A stretch of 60,248 nt of DNA, from contig NC_057718.1 of NCBI RefSeq assembly GCF_004010195.1, positions 44,954,083-45,014,330 on the forward strand, written 5' to 3'. The notes beneath the pieces were generated by a model that was given only the letters and a program-made list of their open reading frames with translations, ran no database searches and was not told the DNA's origin. Shown here in pieces: positions 52,330-60,248 of this stretch. Within the stretch, counting starts at the first letter, position 1. Each line of letters begins with the position of its first letter. Source of the stretch: Chiloscyllium plagiosum. Lineage: Eukaryota. Position numbers and translations under genes: made by a program.

Positions 52330-52364
52330 TTCCTGAAGAAGGGCTTATGCCCGAAACGTCGATT
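52330..52364 (+). ncRNA. Minimal hammerhead ribozyme motif, intact
   Basis: ttc-CTGAAGA(52333-39)-A-GGGC-ttat-GCCC-GAAA-C-GTC^(52360)-gatt; palindromic ACGT stem III. Confidence 0.8.
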
Positions 52365-52545
52365 CTCCTGTTCCCTAGATGCTGCCTGACCTGCTGCGCT
52401 TTTCCAGCAACATATTTCCAGCTCTATCTCCTTATATGACTTAATATCAAATGTTGTTTGATACTGTTCCTTTGAAGCATCTTGAGACACTTTGCTCTGT
52501 TAAAGTCATACATAAATGCAAATGATTATGGTTATAGTGAAACCC

Positions 52546-52668
52546 AGTGAAGGGCTTTTGCCCGAAACGTCGATTTCGAAGCTTTTCGGATGCTGCCTGA
52601 ATTGCTGTGCTCTTCCAGCACCACTGATCCAGAATCTGGTTTCCAGCATCTGCAGTCATTGTTTTTAC
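52546..52668 (+). mobile_element. PLE terminal fragment
   Basis: tgaagggcttttgcccgaaacgtcga...ccagcatctgcagtc. Confidence 0.85.
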
Positions 52669-53159
52669 CAGTGCTGAGAGCTAGATTAAGAATGGGGGTT
52701 AATGGGAAACAGTGTTCAATGTTATGAAGCTGATTTAGGAAAGGAAAAGAAACAAAATCCAGATAAAGTTCCAGAAACATAGTATGAGATGAATTTTACC
52801 GATGGGTAGAATACGGTGAGATTGTGGGAGTTAAATCATGCAACTGCTGAGAGAGTGAAGAGTGCACATGACACACCAGGAAGGAAAAGAAGAGAGGGTA
52901 AATAATAATAATAATCTGTCCCAGGCCTCAAACAATAATTAGACCTTTTGCAGTAATACACAGTCAAGTCATTTGTAGAAAGAGTTTAGCAATTATATTT
53001 GGTAAATTGATTTTTTTTATAGGAATGTGCAGAAAGTTGTTACTAGAAATCTCCCTTGATCTAACACCCTTTATCAGTCCAGGCGGTGGCCGAAATGCTG
53101 CAATTTAGAGTTAATTTGCCAATGTGTGGTCAGCTGGTAAAGTTAAAGAAGAAGATACT

Positions 53160-53305
53160 GAATAAAAGCCAAATACTGCAGATGCTGAATGTCTAAATTA
53201 AAAATATAGTTCTGGAAAGTTCTGGAAAAACTCAGCAGGTCTGGCAGCATCTGGGGAGAGAGAGAAAAGGGGTTAATGTTTTGAATCTGACAGTCTTTTT
53301 CTGAA
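53160..53305 (-). mobile_element. Older PLE terminal fragment
   Basis: atactgcagatgctg...aaactcagcaggtctggcagcatct. Confidence 0.7.
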
Positions 53306-53458
53306 CTTTCTGCAAATATGTTGAGCAATATAATTAGTTTACTTTATCATTGCTGTTAGAACTAATATTAATCAAACTAATCACACTTATTCTTTCAGTG
53401 TGGCAGTAGATTGATGGCTGTTGAAAAACAGCTTTAGCTACATCAATTTTTATTTTAG

Positions 53459-53510
53459 CTATACAGAGATCTTCGATCCAACTTAGTCATTCGACCAAAT
53501 GAGCAGCAAG
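53459..53510 (+). CDS. Host gene exon E (LYRDLRSNLVIRPNEQQ-G), phase 0->1
   Basis: aatttttattttag| acceptor and AAG|gtacct donor; 52 nt; only frame 0 is open. Confidence 0.68.
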
Positions 53511-54489
53511 GTACCTCGCAGAATGCTTGACATCTTGCAGGGGAGATATCCAGGGAATCTCAAAAATGTTGTGATGCATCTAACCTTGATACAACTTACC
53601 ATGTCCTAGAATTCGTGACCAGATCAGACCCAGGGAAGACCAGTGGCCAGAAGTTCCAGCAATCGCATACATACTGTGCAAAGCCCTTGTGCTTAATTTA
53701 CAGAACAAATGTTTTTCAAAATTAAATCTCAACATGTTATTCATACTTCTGCTCCTCAGCTTTACAGACAAGTCTCCAGTTCCGTTTCATCTGGAGACAG
53801 ACTGTCCAGTACGGTATCAATCACAGGTAATGACATTTTGCTTAGTACAAAAGGTTGCTTATATTAAATAGTGTAATCAATAAATAGTCATCATTAATAA
53901 ATTGTATCTCCGTATATACTTATGTACACAGAGGAAAGAAAGACCAAAAGAGAACAGAAGCTTTACTGAAAAATAAATGGCTCGTGATAATTGAACATAA
54001 ATAATCAGCATTCTCAAAGGCTGTATTGATTGCTTTGTTCCTGGAATTATGATGTTTGCTATGTTAACTTGCTACTCCTGATATGTTTAGTTTGTTCACA
54101 CTGCATGCCCATAAACAAAGCATCTAAATTTAGTATATTTAAGGACTGTGATAGAGACACTAGTGCATTAACTTAAAATCAAATAAGATAAAGAAATTAC
54201 AATGGGTTGGAAAATAAACAATGTAAAATGTACAATTAGCACACAGATTAAAATGTTGGAATATCTGTTACTTTAGAAAAGTGAGGGAATTAGATGCACT
54301 AAATTGTGCTTCAAAAAAAACTAGTTTAGACTCCTGGGGTTCATAACTTTCTTCCATGCTGCATTATTCTTTGATCTTTTAGGCATGAAATTGGACAGTG
54401 CATGAAAATATGTATGGAAATTGTGATACAGATTTATCATGTACTATTGATCCTGAAGCAGGCAACATGCAAACATGATTGTTTAATGA

Positions 54490-54733
54490 TTGTAACACAA
54501 ACCAGCATTAGGTATGCTTTTGAGTGGGCAGGTGACTCAAAACTTGTAAGAGGCTAGCATAGTTAAAGTAAGCCTTTCAAAGGGACAATATGGCATGGCA
54601 ATGGAGAATGCTAGAAACTGTTGTACAACTGAACCTGATCTTGAAAAATCACAAGAATGATGAGACATTTCAGAGAGCAGGCTACAAGCTTTTCTAAAGC
54701 TACTTTTTAAAATTCATTCATGGGATGTGCACA
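54490..54733 (+). repeat. 244-bp direct repeat, copy 1 (copy 2 at 57830-58073)
   Basis: Collinear and roughly 85% identical by eye. Confidence 0.92.
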
Positions 54734-56172
54734 TCACTGGTCAGGCCAGTATTTATTGCCCATCCCTAATTGCCCAGAGGGCATTTAGAGTCGTGGAGTC
54801 ATACAGGATGAAAACAGACCCTTCAGTCCAACTCATCCATGCTGACCAAGTTTCCCATACTAAACTATTCCCACTTGCTTGCATTTGGCTCATATCCCTC
54901 TAAGGTAAAAACAAGAACTGCAGATGCTGGAAACCAGAATCTAGATTAGAATGGTCCTGGAAAAACACAGCAAGTCAGGCAGCATCCGAGGAGCAGGAAA
55001 ATCGACATTTCTGGCAAAAGTCCTTCATCAGGAATAGAGGCTGGGTGCCTGCAGAGTGGAGAGATAAATGAGAGGGGGGTGGGGGTGGGGAGAAAGTAGC
55101 ATAGAGTACAATAGGTGAATGGAGGTGGGGATGGAGGTGATAAGTCAGAGAGAAGGGTGGGGGAAGGTAGCAAAGAGTACAATGGGGGAATGGGGGTAGG
55201 GATGAAGGTGATAGGTCAGAGAGGAGGGTGGAGTGGATAGGTGGAAAGGAAGATAGGCAGGTAGGACCAGTCATGAGGGCAGTGCTGAGCTGAAAGGTTG
55301 AAACTGGGGTGAGGTGAGGGAAGAGGAATTGAGGAAACTGGTGAAGTCCATATTGATGCCCTGGGGTTGAAGTTCACCACGGAACACTTCCCTCATGATT
55401 TTATAAACTGCCATCAGGTCATCCCTCAACCTCCTATGCTCCAGTCAAAGAAATCTCAACCTATCTAGCCTGTGCTTATATTCAAAACCTCCAGTTCCAT
55501 CAATGTCCTGCTAAATCTTTTCTGCACCCTCTCCAATTTAATAATATCCTTCCTGTAGCAAGGCGACCAGAACTGTATGCAGTACTCCAAAGAAGGCCTA
55601 ACCACAATCCTGTACAACCTCATCATGACATCCTAACTTCTATTTTTAATGGTCTGAACAATGAAGGAAAGCATGCTAAATGCCTTCTTAACCATCCTGT
55701 CTACACCTTGCAGCTTTCAAAGAACTATGTAGCTAAACCCCTAAGTCTCAACAACACTGCTGAGGGCCCTACCACTAACTGTATAAGACCTACCCTTGTT
55801 AATTTTACCAAAATGCAATACCTTATTTATGTAAATTAAACTCCATCAGCCACTTTTCAGCTCATTCACACAAATTATCAGGATCCCTTTGTAACCTTAG
55901 ATAATCTTCTTCACCATAAGCAATTCACCATGTTGCTGTGAGTCTGGAGTCATATGTAGGCAAAACCAGGTAAGGCTGGCAGGTTTCCTTCCTTAAAGCA
56001 CAGTAATGAACAAGATTGTCTTTTTTTGACAGTGAATCCCAAAATGTTTTTAAAAATTGAATTCAGATTCCATCATTTGGCATGGCGGGATTTGAACCTG
56101 GCTAACCAGATCATTACCTGAATCTCTGAATTAACATTCTAGCAACAATACCACTAGAAGCCATCACCTCTC
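54705..56172 (-). mobile_element. Nested cluster: tRNA-headed SINE-like element (54705-54792 and 55915-56172) containing a CR1 3' fragment (54793-55915), which contains a PLE (54902-55375)
   Basis: Minus B-box GGTTCAAATCC at 56088-56098; CR1 minus motifs; PLE end with a decayed hammerhead at about 55000-55033. Confidence 0.8.
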
Positions 56173-56564
56173 CTAACGGCGATGTCAGCTATCTACATGG
56201 GATATGCTGGTTCCCAAGCTCAACTTAGTGATAGCAGTGAAACCAGTGAGCCACAGATGTCAATGCCATGACTCTAATCCAAAGGACCTGGATGCAGTGC
56301 TGCAAGAGTTAATTGATTTCACATGAGTTGCAAGGCCAGTGAATCAAATGCCATATCTGACCAACCTCACCACAATGTTTACATATTGCCCAGAATAACA
56401 CAAAATTCATCTAGCAAAACTTTCTATTGATTAAAACTCATACTTGGCATTCATAATTTCCTCTCACCCTCATGCATCTAACATTGCTGCAAATCTCGCA
56501 ACATACAGGCATCTTATGGCTTGAACACTTTAACCATGACAGCCAGATACCCCAAAATACATTG

Positions 56565-57720
56565 AACTGTGACAGCCCTTGATATCAGGGCTGCACTTAA
56601 CTGGCTATGGCATCAAGGAGCCCTGCCAAAACTGGAATCAATGGGTATCAGGAAACAAACACTCCACTCATTCGAGTCATACCTGGCACAAAGGAAGGTG
56701 GTTGTGGTTGTGGAAGTTCAGTCATCTCAACTCCAGGGCATCTCTGCAGGAGTCCCTCAGGGTAGTGTCGTAGGCCCAACAATCTTCAGCTGCTTCAATT
56801 AATGTCATAAGGTCAGAAGTGGGGATGTTCTCCGATGATTGCATGGTTTCAGCACCATTCGCGACTCCTCAGATACCAAAGCAGTACATGCTCAAATGCA
56901 ACAAGATCTGGACAATATCCAGGCTTGGGCCGACAAGTGGCAAATAACATTCATGCCACACAAATGCCAGACAATGACCATCACCAATAAGAGACACTCT
57001 AACCACCGCTCCTTGACATTCAACGGTATTGCCATCACTGAACCCCCACTGACAACATCCTTGGAGTTACCATTAATCAGAAACTGAACTGGACTCACCA
57101 CATAAACAGAGTGACAACAAGAGCAGGTCAGAGACTAGGGATACTGTAGCAAGTAATTCACCTCCTGGCACCCCAACGCCTATCCACTATCTACATGGCA
57201 CAAGTCAGGAGTGTGATGGAATACTCCCCACTTGTCTGGATGGGTGCAGCTCCAACAACACTCAAGAAGCTTGACACCATCCAATAAAAAGCAATCTGCT
57301 TGATTGGCATCACATCTACAAACATTCAATCCCTCCACCAGCAGCGCTCAGTAGCAGCAATGTGTACACAATCTACAAGATGCACTCAGAAATTCACCAA
57401 AGATCCTAAGACACCACCATCCAAACCCATGACCACTTCCATCTAGAAGGACAAGGGCAGCAGGTTCTTGGGAACACCACCACGTGCAAGTTGCCCTCCA
57501 AGCTACTCACCACCCTGACTTGGAAATATACCGCCGTTCCTTCACTGTCGTTGGGTTAAAATCCTGGAATTCCCTCCCTACCGACATTGTGGGTCAACCT
57601 ACAGCAAGTGGACTGCAGTGATTCAAGAAGGCTGCTTACCACCACCTTCTCAAGGGAAAATGGGGATGGTCTATCAATACTGGCCAATACAGCAAGCGAC
57701 ACCCATGCCCCACAAAAAAA
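56565..57720 (+). mobile_element. CR1-clade family 2, RT and 3' UTR
   Basis: TALDIRAA..WHQGALPKLES, AGVPQGSVVGPTIF, QQDLDNIQAWADKWQ; A-rich tail at 57714-57720. Confidence 0.9.
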
Positions 57721-57829
57721 CCTGGACCTCATTGTGGACCTCAGGCTGAAAAGACCATCCTAAGTGAAAAGTCATTGACTGGCACATCCACTTCAGCAAT
57801 TGCCATCCAATTGCAGATGGTAGGTAGGT

Positions 57830-58073
57830 TTGTAACACAAACCAGCACTAAGTATGCTTTTGAGTGGGTAGGTGACTGAAAACTTGCAAGGGTGTAGCAT
57901 AGTTAAAGCAAGCCTTTTGACGGGAAGATATAGCATGGCAACGGAGGATGCTAGAAACTATTGTACAACTGAACCTGACATTGAAAAATCATAACAATGA
58001 TGAGGCATCTCAGAGAGCAGGCTGCAAGCTTTTCTAAAGGTACTTTTTAAAATTCTATCTTGGGATGTGCACA
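57830..58073 (+). repeat. 244-bp direct repeat, copy 2
   Basis: See 54490-54733. Confidence 0.92.
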
Positions 58074-58673
58074 ATCTAGTATTTCCCACTATGGCTGAAG
58101 TAGAAAAGTTGCTCATTGACACATTAAGGTTAAATGTTCATATGCTGAGAGGCATTCCACTGTCCTCTGTCTTTGAGCAGGGTGCCTGCCCTTGTATCCA
58201 TGGTTGAAAGTGAGTGGTTTGTGCAAAATCATTTGATCCTTTTAATAAAATACTATTGGGAAGGACCTTCCAGATACTGAGGAGGTGGTTAATACACACC
58301 TTAAAGTAATCTTCCTACTTTGCACACTTATGATATATTGTTACTGTATGCTGTTAGTGCAAGTTGTCAAAACGATGTTCAGTATGGCTAACACCAGAGA
58401 CTGACTTTTGTAGACCAAATAACTTCTGCTGTGCCATGAATCCAGGCATCACAGAACAGAATTGTGCAATGAATGATGTTATGATTTGACATAGGAATGA
58501 AGCCGAAAGTATGTTTTAACTTAGTGGTGCCTTCCATCAGTTGGATTCTAACTACAACATCTGTAAGAACAATGCTAGCTTAGTGTACTTTCAAACTGCT
58601 TACTCAATTTTCACCAGAGTAAAACTGTTTGTGTTTTTAAAGTGCATTAGACATATTTGTGTTCCTTTTGTAG

Positions 58674-58696
58674 GAAATGGGGGAGTTGAATCCTAG
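58674..58696 (+). CDS. Host gene exon F, putative last coding exon (G-NGGVES*)
   Basis: Strong ttgtgttccttttgtag| acceptor. Phase 1 gives stop TAG at 58694-96, with AATAAA at 58911-16. The alternative is an internal exon 58674-58741 in frame 0. Confidence 0.55.
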
Positions 58697-59597
58697 AATC
58701 CTACAGAGTTCCGCTACAGTGAAATTGAAGCTGATGGCATGGTAATTCATGATTCATGTATCTGCAATTTATTAAATATTTACAGTATGAATTGAAGTAA
58801 ATTTCAAATTTCATTTTCTTGTCCTTCAAATATTACAAAAGTAATATTTTGATTATGGTAAAGCTATAGTTTATGCATATGTCACTAATTTGAAATTTAT
58901 ATTTGAGTTTAATAAACTAACACTACAGCTTATTCCACTGGGTATATCCTGAAGAGAGCTTATGGGAAGGCGACATTTGTCAGGTAACAACAGATTTGTA
59001 GTGCTTGATTTCCAGTCTATTTAAAATAATGGGTTATAAAATCAAATTCTATAGCCTCGTGAATGTCTAAACTGATACACTATACAAGCAGCATGAAAGC
59101 TGCCTAGCTGAGGAATCAACATCGATATTATTGTCTTATTTGCTTACACAGATCTTCTTTCATTTAAATTTATCATCAGAAGTTCACCAGAACTTAGTTT
59201 TAACTCAACAAAGAGATTCCAACTTCACTCATTTTTGTTCGTAATACATAATATTTTTCCAATTTCAATATTGAATCCACTTCTGGAACACAAAGAAATC
59301 CTAATGTGCCTGATATTTACATCATAATGCTGTGCCTTTGCAAGGAAATGAAAAAGTCATGAGTGAATCCAATTGATTGAGGACAGTGTCCCATCTCACA
59401 AGCAGTTTTAAGGTGTCCCCAAGTCACCTGAGATCAACATATCTAAATATGGATGTTTGTATTTCTTACCCTTGCAATGTGAGACAGTCCCTCTTAACTA
59501 ATCCAGCAGCAAGCTTTTCGCATGCAAAGGAAAGGCTAATTTATTTTAAAACTGTTTCTCAGTAGGTGACTAGAGAAGCTGATAACCTTATTAATAA

Positions 59598-60117
59598 AGG
59601 GCAGATGATGGCCTAGTGGTATGACTACTAAGCTATTAACTCGGTTACGGGGAGCTGGATTTGTGGCAGAATTTGAATCCAATCCAAATCTGACATAGAG
59701 ATTCTAGTGATGACCACGTAACTGCTGTTGATTTTCAGGGGAAAAAGCCCATCTGGTTCACTACTGAGCTCAGAAACTGTCATCCTGGTGTACATGTGAC
59801 TGTCATCCTGGTGTACATGTGACACCATGCCCACAGCAATGTGGATTATTCTTAACTGTCGTATGAAATGGCCAATTGAGCCACTCAGTCACATCAATCA
59901 CTAAGAAGTCTCAACAAAAAAGGGAAACTGGATGGATCATTTGGGCACCAGAAGTGACAATGGTAAAAACAGCCCATTTGATCAGCAAACTTCTTTTCAA
60001 CAACATTTGAGGGTCAGTGCCAAAATATCTCATGGACTAGTCAAGCAATAGCCTGACATAATCATACACCTGGAATCATACCTTAAAAACAATGTCCCTG
60101 ACACTACCATACCCATT
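59598..60117 (+). mobile_element. 5' end of a CR1 family 2 LINE: tRNA-like head followed directly by the APE endonuclease start
   Basis: A-box TGGCCTAGTGG at 59609-59619; body shared with the SINE copies; about 60002-60117 reads NI*GSVPK..SHGLVKQ*PDIIIHLESYLKNNVPDTTI. Confidence 0.7.
59776..59823 (+). repeat. Perfect 23-bp tandem duplication
   Basis: actgtcatcctggtgtacatgtg x2. Confidence 0.95.
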
Positions 60118-60248
60118 TGGAATCAATGGTGCTGGAAGAGCACAGCAGTTCAGGCAGCATCGAGGAGCTTCAGCAAAATTGACATTTCGGGCAAAAGCCC
60201 TTCATCAGGAATAAAGGCAGAGAGCCTGAAGCGTGGAGAGATAAGCTA
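60118..60248 (-). mobile_element. PLE terminal fragment with hammerhead motif (60181-60208)
   Basis: Reverse complement CTGATGA-A-GGGC-tttt-GCCC-GAAA-T-GTC. Confidence 0.85.

Larger units (their letters stand above)
50720..52424 (+). mobile_element. Young 5'-truncated Penelope-like element (RT domain intact up to the gap), inserted in an L2-like 3' UTR
   Basis: RFYLLPKIHKPDCPGRPIVS, FTMDIQFLYTSIP, QTKRVAMGTHMGP and FLRYIDD, with no stops in about 217 codons. 3' terminus lies after the gap. Candidate TSD tatctcc at 50713-50719 and 52425-52431. Confidence 0.93.

Noticed and set aside
50684..52490. Long ORFs (373-550 aa) in the track, and likewise at 175-1554 and 6714-7219
   Set aside because: Their length comes from reading through N gaps; only the flanking TE-derived parts are real.
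59776..59823. CRISPR-like direct repeat
   Set aside because: Two adjacent copies with no spacer, inside a eukaryotic TE; a simple tandem duplication.

Overview
Vertebrate nuclear DNA, very probably a cartilaginous fish (shark). This rests on HE1/V-SINE copies with (TAATC)n tails, dense CR1 LINE relics and abundant Penelope-like elements (PLEs). The window is mostly TE-rich intron, with three N-gaps that each abut a young TE copy. Reading splice sites by eye gives six small, phase-compatible + strand exons over about 52 kb (6396-58696). They join into one reading frame, PMVQLAEDDTRSPYQNILLTCGVNLPFNLRSEQDGFSIGFTGMKLCFCCLSVMLSYSLRVFRLLPILDEHIQPLYRDLRSNLVIRPNEQQGNGGVES*. It looks like the 3' end of a host gene that I could not name. 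The main non-coding signal is about a dozen minimal hammerhead-ribozyme motifs carried by several PLE families, including one with a U3-A8 compensatory core. Many PLE copies are fold-back (inverted) insertions with clear target-site duplications. A CR1-clade LINE appears to start with a tRNA-like Pol III head and no ORF1, and it has a bipartite SINE-like derivative. No prokaryote-type systems (CRISPR, operons) are present. Almost all ORFs in the supplied track are TE fragments or chance.
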